From Spironucleus salmonicida (Eukaryota), in assembly GCF_000497125.1 (NCBI RefSeq), contig NC_090599.1:248001-312000 (forward strand): 64,000 bases of DNA. Reading direction: 5' to 3'. A program made the translations under genes and the position numbers. This document shows, piece after piece, positions 26,182-38,849 of the stretch. The notes beneath the pieces were generated by a model that was not told the DNA's origin, ran no database searches, and worked only from the letters and a program-made list of their open reading frames with translations. The first letter of the stretch is position 1. Every line of letters starts with the position of its first letter.

Positions 26182-26577
26182 GAAGTGAGCTTGTATTTTG
26201 TTTGAAAAATATTTAATCCTGGATTAACAATTATTTCTTTGATTTTTAAATTTTTCTAACCTATTTATAACTACTTTCATGAAAAACTTATAATTAATAT
26301 TTTTGAATAATATGGTAGCTTATAAGAATCTTTATTACTATTACTATCATAATAGGACTTATGAAATAACAAAAGTTACAGTAATATTTTAGGAACTCGC
26401 GCTTTAAAATATAGCAAATTAATTATTAGTAGCTATATATAATGTAACATTTGTTTTTATATTAATTTTCTTACTTGCATTGGTCTGCTCTTTGTTTATT
26501 CTTAGTATTTTAAATTTAAATTTTTTATTTTATTTATATTATATTATATTATAAAAATAAGTTAACTAAAATATATT

Positions 26578-26922
26578 ATGAACATTGGAAGTATGTTTAA
26601 TAGCTTTTCTTAAAACGGACAAATTACTGTACAAAATATATAATTGGCACTTAATTTGTTAAACTTATAAATTTCAAGTTAAGAACTACCATAAAATCCT
26701 ATTTCGTATGGGTAATTTACGGATTTAATAAAAAAGCTTAAACCATAAGAAAATTCACAACTAGCCAACGATATTTTTAAGATTCTACACATAGATGGCA
26801 CTATTAAAAAAGATAGATTGCATGAATTCATATCCAAGAATTATAAAACAGATCCAACTATAATTTTAGCGGATTTTAAAGAAATTATTACTTAAGAGGA
26901 GTTTGTTAAGTTCTTCTAGTGA
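26578..26922 (+). CDS. Degenerate calmodulin-like EF-hand protein (114 aa)
   Basis: FNSFSQNGQITVQNIQLAL, ISYGQF, IFKILHIDGTIKKDRL and ITQEEFVKFF suggest four shortened EF-hand-like helix pairs. Confidence 0.65.
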
Positions 26923-26956
26923 TTAAGATAAAATTTAATTAGTAAAAATATCTCAT

Positions 26957-28225
26957 TCACTTATACAAAGCCCTGATAACATCCATATTCTTTACAATTG
27001 TCTTGTTCGTACCATTATAAAATGCCACTCTGCTTTCAATCATTTCTTTCATGGCTAGACCATATTTATTATCTCTAGTTTCAGAATATAAATCTATTCT
27101 ACAAGCTCTAGCAAGAGCACATGCAAGTGTTCTAGCTACTCTACCCTTACTTCTGAAATTTTTCACAGCTACAACTGGCCCCGCATTGAAAATAAGACCA
27201 TATTTAGGAGTTTTATTACTTCTTTTCTTTAATGCTCTAAATAAAGCTTTTTCTGCTCCAAATAACTAAATTGTAGACGCTGGAGATTTGGCTAAATTTT
27301 TCAAACTTCCGGCCTTAGCGATAATCCTAGCTGTTTAAATAGTTCCAAGAATTTCTTGAGAGTTTGGTGCTATCTGACTTAATTTTTCCGCCAAATATTT
27401 AGTAATTTAAAGTTTTTCAGATATTTATTTTAATGCACATTTACATAGCATTTATGATTACATAAGTTCTGGCTCTGAAAAATCACATCCTGTAGAAGTC
27501 TAAGCCGCTGTGAAGGCTATTTTAAGAAGTTTTTCATCAATAACGTCAATTAAATTTTCTTCAGAAACCTTTTTACAGTTTTATTCAAATTATTCAAATG
27601 TTATAGTTTTGTCCAATATAGATTTCCTAATCTATATTGCCTCAACTAAAACTACATACTATTCATTGGAAGTGCATAGTTTACGAAGTTCTGGAAAATG
27701 GAGCCCAAAGCACTCAGAAAGCCTCATGACATACTTATTAGCAGATACAACAATTTATTCAAAACAACCAATTGCTTGAACTATTTGTTAGTCATCTCTA
27801 TTAGAATCATACATGCACACGGCACGGGAGAATGCATGTGAAAGGGCACGTTAGGCTTAAAATTCACGTGCGGGATCAGTTGAAGTTAATTACGAGAAGA
27901 ATTAAGAGATAGTATGGTGGACACCAGTATCCACTGTAGTCTAATATTGTGTTAAAAGACCTGCAAGCTGTCTATCAAAAACGATTAGTGATGATTTTTC
28001 AGGTACTGCTTGCGATAGAAGCGTATGAAGTTATTTTGGAATCTTGTTTTCAGCCATTTCAACCATAAAGGCACAGGCTTCATCTGTTGATGCAAAATTA
28101 TATGTCTTAACGATCTTTGCAGAACGAGTAGCAGCAGGATAATCTTAAGCATTTGAAAGATCAGCAGGTGACTTACACTAGAAAAGATAGATCCCTGTAG
28201 CAGACTCATAGACTATGAATGTCAT
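26957..28225 (-). CDS. NOP56: Box C/D snoRNP protein Nop56 (422 aa)
   Basis: [50 protein letters not shown] and KGRVAR. The C-terminal ESRVAFY...KNMDV is Nop56-like rather than Nop58-like. Confidence 0.88.
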
Positions 28226-28635
28226 TTGAGAAGTGGTTAATGGAGTGGAATAATAGTATATATTAAATATATTATTATCATAATTTAGAAATTAATTAAT
28301 GCAATGGAAATTTGGGTGGTGTTTAAAAAGATAATACAGTTAATATAAGATTTGTACATGTTCATATAACACTAGTATACAAGGATATTTATCTATATAT
28401 CGTTATAAATTAAGAAAATAAATAATCGTCAAACGCTATATAATAAAAATAATACTTAGAGAACGTCATATATTGGCTTGAAGACATAAGGTCCATCTTG
28501 CATTAATTCATAGCCGAGTCATCCGGGGCAAGAAATATAATTAATCATTGAATAGTGGAGTGAAAACTAAAGTTGATTATTAAATACGATTCTAGTTATT
28601 ATATACAATTACTTAAATAATAAAGTTTAGCAATT

Positions 28636-28935
28636 ATGGATTTCACTGCAGCTGAATAACGTTTAAAACCTTGGTTGGAAACAAAAAAATATGCTTGCAA
28701 TATTGTAATGTAATATGAAAATGACAATTGTCCAGCTTTTAGGGTAGTTTTCTTTAAGCAGAAAAATGAAAAACCAATTGATACTGTTATTACTTTTGAT
28801 TTCATCATCAAAGAGGATATATTATTCAGAACTGAGAATAATACTTACTGCAACAATGTTAATGATTTTGAAAATATTGAATTTGTTATTGATAGAGAAT
28901 ATTAATAGAAATTAAGATATAAACCAGTGATATGA
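28636..28935 (+). CDS. Small protein (99 aa), possibly AKAP14/AKAP28-domain-like
   Basis: Clean ORF. The pattern W......Y....FRVVF....KPI...FDF.I.....F..E is weakly like AKAP28; family call is tentative. Confidence 0.6.
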
Positions 28936-29335
28936 TTGTTTTAATATTTAGATAAACATCAATGAATTTATTAGTAATAAATATTATAATAACAAGAGAT
29001 ATCTAAGAGCTTATATTAGTAGTTGAATCAATAAGTATTTAACTATTTTTTTTAATTAAGTAAATATCTTACAAAACTATACTATATATTTACCAGACAT
29101 TCATTATTTTAATGACCATTTGTAGATAATTTTTCAGTAGTTTAACTCATTTATGATTGTAAGATCAAATTAAATTTACTTAAACATTCACGTTGTGTTT
29201 CACCAACATTATTGGATAAAATAGTATACTACTAAATATAAATAATATAGTATATCTTTTAAATAACTATAAATAAATAGATGATAAATTATATTGTCTT
29301 TGATACATAATTATCATAAAAGTAAATTGAAGCTG

Positions 29336-31117
29336 TCATTTCAATACACTATCTCTCTTAAACATACTACCAAGACCATTTCTATTAACTGTGCTTCTTC
29401 TACCCAGAGTAGATTTTCTAGCTTGATTGGCATTACTAGAGCTCATTTCTATGTTAACAACATCATTTTAATTACCAAAAATATCATCATCCCAACCTAA
29501 ACCACCAGCTAAAGGTGGTGGAATAGCTCCTAAAAATTCGCTTTGAGAATCTCGTATCCCGGGCTATACTGAAATTTACATATTAAGTGATTATGGCTGT
29601 TCTTGCTTATCATTAAGCCAACGCTTACGTTTAACATTCCCTGATGAGTTTTCATAATCAACAGTAAATTCAGCATGAGAAGGCCGATAAGACGCTTCAT
29701 CATCTTATGTTTACCTATGGAATTCCTATTATAAATATGTACTTGTACGGTTAAAAACGGAACCTTTACCATATAAATATTCGTGCTTCATTCCACTAAG
29801 AGATGGCATTACTGATTGATTCTAAAGGAACTCTCTATAAATTTATAGATAACATATAAATTAGTCTAACCTTTACATAATTCTTAAGTATCTTCTAAAC
29901 CTTAAATGCTTTTCTGGCCCCAAACAGTCTTATATTTCCCCTTGCATTCTACATTATTAGCTAACAAAGTATTTATAATTCATAGGAATGATGTCTTACC
30001 TAATTGATTTTTCTTCGTATAAGAATCCTTGGTCATCTCTAATACTTTCCTTTGTACTCATAAATTTAATAAGTCCACGACTTTTGCATACAGATCTAGG
30101 TCTAATAACAGATTTAGCTATTTCTGTTTGGACAATATAATCTCTCAAATCCATTAATATTCTTGTATGGAAACTTCTTAATTGAATTAAGGGTGGAAAC
30201 ATCGAATTTTGTTCAAAAACGATGTGATTTAAAACATTGTCCATGGAATATCTTAAGCTTTAGTCAATTTCTAACATACCATTAAGTAAATCGGTAATTA
30301 ATGGCCCAAAATTAGCATTAAGTTTGAGAGTAGTTTTACCATGTCTTTAAATCTCTCCTGGACAATAATCTCTTGTAAGAACTAAATATAAGATACAACC
30401 TAAACTATAAACATCAAATTTTTCTGCAATAACACAATCTGTAGCAAAAATGGGAGCAAATTTTGGTGTTTTCATGAATACAACTGTTGTCGGAACCTAT
30501 TCAGATATTAAAGGATCAATAATATTAATATGTTAGGAATCACAAACTTAGGCTGCTCCAAAATCAATAAGACATACTTCACCTGTTCTTGAAAGTAGAA
30601 TATTATCTGGTTTTAAATCAAAATGGAATATGCACTATTCATGAATATTTACAACGGCTTCACATATATTCCTAAATACTCTTAATATAACATTGGGTCG
30701 CTGTTGTTTTAAAAATGTAAAACAATCGCTTCCTTCGAAATATGAGGTCACTAAAAATATTCTATCTTTTTAAAGAATATCAGCATATTCTTTGGCAAAT
30801 TTTTCGGTAAGCCTTGAAGTATCTATAGTATCAGGGGTAATAACTTCTTTAAGAAAAACAATATTTGGTGTGCCGTTGATTTCCTTATGTATGTCTATTC
30901 TTTTTTAACATTAAATATCATTCTTCATTGAAAGAATGGCATACTATTAAGGTTCCATAGAATGAACGTCAGTAGCCATGAATACAGAAGCTTCAGCACC
31001 AGATTGTAAATATCTATCCAATCTATATTAGTTAAGATATGCTTTTTCTTTAACAGTTTCGAAGTTGGCTGTATTGGTGAAGACTATTGCACAAGAGTTA
31101 TCTTCCTCTTCACTCAT
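29336..31117 (-). CDS. Ser/Thr protein kinase-like, probable pseudokinase (593 aa)
   Basis: HFDLKPDNILL, LIDFG and DVYSLGCILY are present. The beta3 VAIK lysine is replaced (YAILSM), the Gly loop reads QSGAEASV, and APE reads API. Confidence 0.88.
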
Positions 31118-31312
31118 GATTTTAAAGTGGTGGTTTTATACCTTACTATTTATTTTATATAATAATAAATCATATTTTACTAACCTGGTCTCAAATATAT
31201 TTTTATACATGATCCATATAATAGGTTAACTATTGCAAAATAGTTATATATTTTATGTTGTAATAATTATATCTAATTATATTATATTAGTACTCTTTAT
31301 GTAAAATTTAAA

Positions 31313-34000
31313 ATGCATAATACAATAGATTTCGCAAAGGATATCTACCTTTGCATTTGTAAAGATAATAATGAGACACCACTTAAAGAACATGCAGAGC
31401 AATTATTTACTATACTTAAAAATTAGCCAGATATGTAATTTACATTACGGTCTTAAAGGCTTGGTGTTTAGGCTGCTACTTAAATATAAAAGAGACTTAA
31501 TTAATAATCCATGCTTAAAATTGATTTATTTGATAACCATATTTCTAGTACAGGCTTGTCAGCTTTACTAAGACTAAATTTCCGGAAAATAAATTTAGGT
31601 TGCAACAATCTCTCAAGCGAGGCATCTACAATTATTGCATAATATTTCAGCTAAGATAATGAATTAGAAGCTTTAGAACTTGGAATTCCATCTGGATTCT
31701 AATTTTCAAAATATAAAGATTCTCATAGTCCTAGATCATTATAGTATAACTAAATTGGTTCCCAAGTGTTATTTTAATCCCTACATAATAATCTTTCACT
31801 AAAATATCTAGGTCTTTCATATAATAATTTGGTAGATTTTGCACCTTAGATATCATTGTTATTAACGAGGAACTCAATTATATAAGCTATTGACCTAAGT
31901 TATTGCAGTTTATAAGATAGAGGAGTTTCAGTTATTTTGCGTGGATTATTACAAAATTATTCATTATAATATTTAAATTTATCAGGAAATAATTTTACTA
32001 TGTTATCCACATCAATACTAAGTTAAATTTTATAGAATAAAACTAATTTATCTTATTTAAATCTAAATAATAATGCCATTGGCAGTGAAGGTGCTAAATA
32101 ATTAGCGTTTGGAATTTCAATAAACAAGAGTTTGCGAATTCTTGAGATTGAAAACTGCGCCTTGGGGGATGAAGGCGCCATAATGATTAGTTAAGTTATG
32201 ACTTAATAAGTAGATATGGGAGAATTTGAGGCAGGAGAAAACACTTAAAGATTTTTTGATTAATTATGCAAAATTTATAACGAAATATCACCAGCAAATG
32301 GTGACTTTGGGAAAAGAATTACTGTAAAATCAGCAAGTGGATGTATAATTAAAAGTGTACAGTTAAACAAGAGAGTCACTCCAAATATTGGTGTAAGAAG
32401 CCATAGAAGGAATTTTAGAATTCAAGACCTGGATGTTGATTAACTTAACTTTGAAAGAGAATTACACGAGTCATAAGCTTTGGAACAATCATAATTACAA
32501 CAGTAATAATTATTAGACTAATATTACTTACCTCCTAAAGCATAGTCATAGAGAAGAGCATTTAGAAGATCTAATAAAACGGATAAATCTGATGCTAAAT
32601 TAGATCTACCAGATGACTTAAACCCTATTGGTTCTGTTTTATAGGCTGATGATATTTCATTTACGGATTAGTCGGATGTAGAAAATTCAACTACATAATA
32701 AACAACGTATAATTATGGAGGTATTTATGCTAATGAAGCCTGCGATTCAAAAATTGCAATTTTCAATATTAATTTTTCAAATAATGCATTATCTGAAAAA
32801 TCGATATTTCATATTAACAAAATGTTAATGTCTGATTTTTCTAGAATTCGCAAAATCGATTTATCTGGAAACAAATTAAGTGTTTGTTCATGTAAACTTT
32901 TGTCTGAAGCGTTTATTTAGTAAGATATAAATTTTTAGAATACAGATTTCTTCATTTTTAATAAAAATTTCATTACAATTTAGAATGAAAATATAACACA
33001 CCTTAAACTAAATAATTGTTATATTTCCGACTTAGGATTCCTATATTTATCGATTAGTTTCGCTAGAATGGTTAATTTAATTGCTGTGGAATTATAAAAC
33101 AATTTTGTGTCAAAGGAAGGATAAAAAGGTATTGATATACTTGTTAACCATGAATCTTTAATGTCATTTAATGTTAAAGGAAATCAGATTAGTTATTCTT
33201 CCTATGCAAAGCTATAAAAGTAGATGAAAAATAACAAGGACAAAATATCACTTAATGGACCAAAAGTATTAGAATAAAGACTAGAATTACTTAAGTAGGA
33301 TTCTATTAGACTTCCAAATGCACGAGAAGAATTAGATTTTTTGAAAAACTCAATTAATTTAGTATAAGCATATGTATAATAAATAACAACACAGAATGAA
33401 GATCTATAGGATTTATTTAATAGATAGTTGACTAGTTAATAATAACGCTGTGATGTTATTTTATAAGATTCTAATAAAGTATAAGGTTAAATTGAATAGA
33501 TGGGATAAAATGGAATTAAATTAGAACATTAAATTGAAGTTTAAAAAGAGTCAATCACGACTCAACTTAATTAGGTTTCATTAGAGCTAGCTTAATAAGA
33601 ACAGCAAAAAATCGAGTTTGATATTATTTTAAAGAATAATTAGACAAATCTTATTCTTTAAAAAGAAGATATATAGAAACAAATTGATAGCGAGGAACAA
33701 GAAATATAGTTAATGATTACAAAAGATTAGAAAGGTAAAGAACTTATAGAATAAATTTTGTCGAACGAAAAATTTAAAACTTTGGGAGCCAGGGCAATGT
33801 AATCTACAAGTGCTGGAAAGCTATCCCTTATTGGTGATTACGAACCATTATTGACTGTGCTTAGGCGAACAGAGTTATATCTAGCAAATAAACCAATACC
33901 TTAACCAAAAGGATATGATTTTAATATGATTTGTCTTACGAGACTTAAAAAAAGTAAAAAGGGAAAAAGTAAAAAGGGAAAGAAAATAGTGAAAAAATGA
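31313..34000 (+). CDS. RNI-like leucine-rich repeat protein with C-terminal coiled coil (895 aa)
   Basis: IDLFDNHISSTG, LNLNNNAIGSEGAK, LEIENCALGDEGA and IDLSGNKL. Checked for in-frame TGA throughout. Confidence 0.88.
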
Positions 34001-34003
34001 AAC

Positions 34004-34876
34004 TCATTCTTATTCAACGTGTGTACTAAAATTATCACTTACAGTATATTCGCTCATATAAATTGCACTACCTTTCCTACTATGTGAAACTAATTTTTTT
34101 ATATGATTAAAATCATCTTTTGTCAAAATTTCACATTTATCTGCTACAAAATCAAGCCCTGATGCATTTACTCTAGTTAACTTTTACGTAAGAAAGTGTT
34201 ATGCATCTAGTGTCATTTTTTCAACTAAATTATATACTTCGGAATCTGGATGAATATAATCTAAGGCCATCATTTGATCAGAATCCTAATATAATATCAT
34301 TTCATGTACGTGTTTCTCGAATAAATCAATCTGTGACTTTTCCAATAACTTTTATAAAACATCCTTTCTACCTGTTTTTGCAGCTAAAATAGCTGCATTA
34401 GAATCGCTTCTGACGTTTCCTAAAATTTCTGAATCTATATATGCATCTGATGTAAGAATTTTCAAGTCATCTCCTAGGTTATATGCAAAATTATAAATTC
34501 GACTTTCTGTCGGAAATTATCCCAAAAGAAGACCTATAAGGCCTTTCATGGTGCAGTACTAGATTATTTACTTTGTTACTTTTTTTGAACCACAAACTGA
34601 TGAAAAAAGTATTGCGTGACTACCAACTGGGAAAGTAAATGATTTTTCTGGTAAGTTAGTAACATTTATAGTTATTTCTTTTGATGAAGGTATATAAATT
34701 TCAGATTCTAGCAAAAATTCTGCGGATTCATAAGAATTATTAATGCAACAATAAAGTAGTGCTGTCAGACCTTCTTCGGATATAGTCGATACATATCTAC
34801 TCAATTATTTTTTAATAATCAGAAATTTGTCCCTTTTAGCTGAATCGAACCATCGCTTTTATTTTAACCTTTTCAT
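34004..34876 (-). CDS. Ankyrin-repeat protein of the diplomonad Protein 21.1 type (290 aa)
   Basis: WFDSAKRD...EGLTALLYCCINNSYESAEFLLESE. Includes ORF-track fragment 34568..34804. Confidence 0.8.
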
Positions 34877-35005
34877 TTAGTTAAAATAATATAGATTAAA
34901 TTTATATAATATAATATATTAACATTTAATTAATAGTTCACTGTCATTAATGAGCGTATACTTTTTGTTTCTAAATAATATATACTTTCGATATCAATCC
35001 TATTC

Positions 35006-36472
35006 TCACTAAAATCTACATTATGATTACTACAAACTAGCCAAAACATACACAGTAGACTATGAGTTAACCGATTATCCTTAAATACTGATTCCTGTAA
35101 ATGTACTTGCTATAATATTAATGCTTTATTCTACTATGTAATTTTAATTCGCGGAATTACCAAAACTAGTTGCAAATAGGCTTGTATCGACATTTAATTC
35201 ACCCGAAATGAGTACCCTCTATGCCGTCAAACTAGTTGTTGTTAAATCACCTGTCGTTGTTACATTACCAATTAAGCATTACTAATTGGCGGTGATTGAA
35301 GTACTAGAAAGTAACTTTTTAATATTTAAACTTTATGCTTTAAACGCACCGTTTACTGTCATTTATTGGGCTTTTATTTCTAATTGCTAAGTAGATCGAA
35401 TTTCCCCATTTGTCAAACTCAAAACTGCATTATTTACTCCTTGTTAAATAATTCTAGGTAGTATACAAACAGTATTATCAATGCGCCCTGTATTCCCAAT
35501 TGTAACTGCAATACTATTAAAACTTTAACACGTTAAATTATTAATAATTGATGCACCTGTTACAGTTAAAATATCGGTTTTTAATTCGTTTAAAGTGAGT
35601 TTATTTATTGTCAAACCTGAGAAAACAGATGAATTTACAGTAGCAGTCCCTGCAATTTCTACTGCTGCAACGTTGGTATTATTCAGTAAATCCAGAGATT
35701 ATGCCATTTAAACTGTAGAAAAGACTAGTTGAGTAAAATTAATGTTCAATGGTGAATTTGCAGATATTTCAGAAGGGAATCGAATATCGCTCCCAGTTAA
35801 AGCATTCATAACAGAATTAGTGATAGTAAGACCTGAAATAAAAGTATTTCCAGTGTTTGTATATGTTTATGTAACTTTAGTCTGCTATACTGCGGTGAGC
35901 TAAGTCGAAACCAGTGAATTTGAAGTGAAAGATTAAAACTACCCTGAACTTATGGTTGTCTATTGAGAATTTAAATTATTAACTATAGATGATTATGTAA
36001 ATGTGGCTGATGCAGAAGCAGCTTATTGAGAAATTGTTTTGGATGTTTTCAGGTTGCTAGATGTAAGTTAAGGGATAATACCTTGCTAGTTAAAGACTTC
36101 AAATGTGGTAGTTTATGAGACAATTGTTGATTAGGTAGATATATTTTAAATATTTAAAACATCTGCTGTAGCTGTTGTATAAGTAAATTTGTTTATAATT
36201 GGTGGAGTTGGAAGAATAGCATTTGTTGAGTTTAGAAGTTCACCACTTCCTATATTCGCTTAAAGTGATGATCCTGTAAGGCCTTATGGTGCTCTTAATT
36301 TTAAAGATGGGGCAAAATTAGCTTCGAAACCATTTTTAACAATAAGATTATTAAAAATTACTGTTTCCGCCATTAACCTAGAGTAAATAATAAAAGTCCA
36401 TGTTAATGATATAATTAATCCTAGGCCTAGTGATACTAGTAAACCAGTAAGAATTTTTTATTATTTATCCAT
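35006..36472 (-). CDS. Type II membrane-anchored, T/S/N-rich beta-repeat (fibre-like) protein A (488 aa)
   Basis: N-terminal TM ILTGLLVSLGLGLIISLTWTFIIY, then about 455 aa of alternating hydrophobic/small-polar residues with many NxS/T sequons. Paralogous to 36648..38117. Confidence 0.85.
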
Positions 36473-36647
36473 TTGTACGAAAAATTTGACTGAATTATCT
36501 TATTATATATTTATTATTAAATATCTAAAAATAAGTTAAATAATTTTCAGTATTTTTAATTTACCTGACTAATTGACCCTTTAAAATTTTAGAATAAATA
36601 AAGTAGTATATATATGTTATATTTTATAAACTTCAACTTTTCCAAAA
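36473..36647. promoter_or_regulatory. Putative 175-bp bidirectional promoter between the fibre-like paralogues
   Basis: Divergent ATGs at 36472 and 36648, with AT-rich TATTATATA-like tracts near each start as seen upstream of most genes in the window. Confidence 0.55.
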
Positions 36648-38117
36648 ATGCTAGATCGTTCAATCATTATCGCAATAATCATATTGATCTCTTTCATATT
36701 ATCAATCGTTATTATGATATGGACTATAATATTATATAATACACTAACTGCGTCAACAGTAGTATTTAATAATCTTATCATAAAAAATTAACTTACTTCT
36801 AATTTTTAGCCAACTACACTACTTCGTGCTGTATCTGGAAATTCACTTTTTGCTCAAATAGCACATGGTGAAAGATTGTAAACGTCTAATCCTTCTTTTG
36901 GTAATTTACCTACTGTAAAAAAATTTAGTTATACTACTGCAACAGCACCTAATTTAAATATCAATAAACTCTCAGTGAACAATACTATTGTTTAGATATA
37001 AACACAGATAGCATAATTTGTTTAATAGGGGACAATTCCCAGTCTAACGTGTAATAGTTTAACTATTAAAAATGGATAGGCTGGTGTTTTAACTACACAA
37101 CGATTCGCGAGTACTAATGCATTAGTCGGAGATCTTACAGGCGGTTAATTAATTTCTGGAAAATCTGTTATAGGTGAGCTTATTTCTACTGTTAGTACAG
37201 CAAATTCAGGAACAAATACCTAACTAACTTCTGTATAGGGGATTTATTCGCATAATGGTAATATACTAAGTATTGGTGGACTTAGAGTATAAAATTCACA
37301 GTTAACTTTTAATTCTGGTAGTACGTTCACTGCTCCTAGTTAATTCACTTCAACTAATAATTTAAATGTTAATTTTACTAGTATGACTATAGTTGGTCCT
37401 AATAGAATTAACATAAACACAAATTTAATTCTTTTAAATAATACATAAAACGTAGACTTAACAGTAGCAGGAGAAGGTATAGTAGATATGGGATAAATTT
37501 AGGGAATGACAATAAGTGCATTAGTAGTAAACACGTTAACATGTGATAGTTTAACGGTTAATGTTAATAGTAATATTTAAAATATGACGACAACTGCATC
37601 TTTTTCTACTGTCAGTTACACTAATGGATAAACTATAATAGATACTATAAAATTTTAAACTTAAAGGTTAAATTTAAAAGATGGAACTGGGAATACAGTT
37701 TTAACCTCTAACAGTATTGTATCTGCATAAGGTTTCACAATAAGGTCTAGTTTAAATTTAAATATTGCTGGAAATATGGTATGCTAAGCCGTTTCTTATT
37801 CAAACCTAATTTTCTCTACAAGTATTAATGTCGCAGGCGATGCATAGTTTACATAAAGTAATGGAAATTTTATTATATCTTAAACGTTAAATTCATTAAC
37901 ATCACAAATAACTGATACACTAAATATTGCAGGAACTTTGACAGTCGACAGAGTATTATAACCAGGCGGATAACCACTTATTTCCCCTTAAAATATAATT
38001 GTTTCAGGAACTCCGATACAGGGTGCTGGAATGACAGTTGGTAACGTATTCTCTGATACAATCCTCTTTTCAAAAGCAAATCTAAATAACAATTTGTGCA
38101 GAAATACCATGCAGTGA
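36648..38117 (+). CDS. Type II membrane-anchored, T/S/N-rich beta-repeat (fibre-like) protein B (489 aa)
   Basis: TM IIIAIIILISFILSIVIMIWTIILY. Colinear with protein A (TVVFNNLIIKN vs TVIFNNLIVKN; KFSYTTATA vs KFTYTTATA; QQGTIP vs QQGIIP). Confidence 0.85.
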
Positions 38118-38506
38118 GTTTAATTTGCACTAAACTATGTTGAATATTATTTTATGGATTTTAGTCGTAAGTATTTTTAGAGTAAAATAGGTAAATTTAA
38201 AGAGTTTATCTACTTTTAAAACCGATTTATTAACCTCAATTTTCTACTTTAAATTTTATTTTATAAAGAATAAAATTAATTTGATTAAACATAACAATAG
38301 AAAATAGAAGCTGAGTAATATTAAGAATATATATCATGGTTCAGCGCTATAAATTTATCTATAAACATACCTTGGTGATTATTAACAATATTTATTAAGT
38401 ATCAAAATATTTATCATGCTCTTGTATAATTTAGTTCTTTGTATAGAAATGAGGCACGTATAATATAGATATAATAATATATAAAAGGATTTTTGATATT
38501 ATAAAA

Positions 38507-38845
38507 ATGTCCTTAGAAGAAAATATTTTGAAACTTGAATTTTAAACAACTCTAATATCTTCACTCCAAACTTAAAAAATAGAACTTATTAAAAGTTTCT
38601 TGCCATTAATCGACGCATGCAAATCAAATAAATCTCTCTATGAACTTGCTAATAATACCCTAATATCATTGAATGTTCAAACACCATAGATACATTTTTT
38701 TGATCCTAAAGTTCATTTTATTAGCTCAGTTAAAAATATATAGAAAAAGGAAGAGGGAGAAATACTAAAAGTTATTAAAAATGGTTATTATTTAGGAGAC
38801 GATATAATACGCTACGCATAAGTGATAGTAAATTAAAAAGAGTGA
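38507..38845 (+). CDS. MGE1: GrpE/Mge1 nucleotide exchange factor, shortened (112 aa)
   Basis: LIKSFLPLIDA, FDPKVH and GEILKVIKNGYYLGDDIIRYAQVIV match the GrpE signature (LLPVxD...FDPxxH...V.QxGY.L..R.LRPA.V.V). Confidence 0.88.
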
Positions 38846-38849
38846 TGAA

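Noticed and set aside
28299-28575. Short ORFs and a small TCTTGC...GCAAGA stem upstream of NOP56 (possible snoRNA or small gene)
   Set aside because: Several frames are similarly open, no convincing C/D or H/ACA boxes were found, and a 6-bp stem is not significant.
38138-38495. Short plus-strand ORFs between fibre gene B and GrpE
   Set aside because: AT-rich low-information translations in two competing frames, and not shown to extend GrpE.
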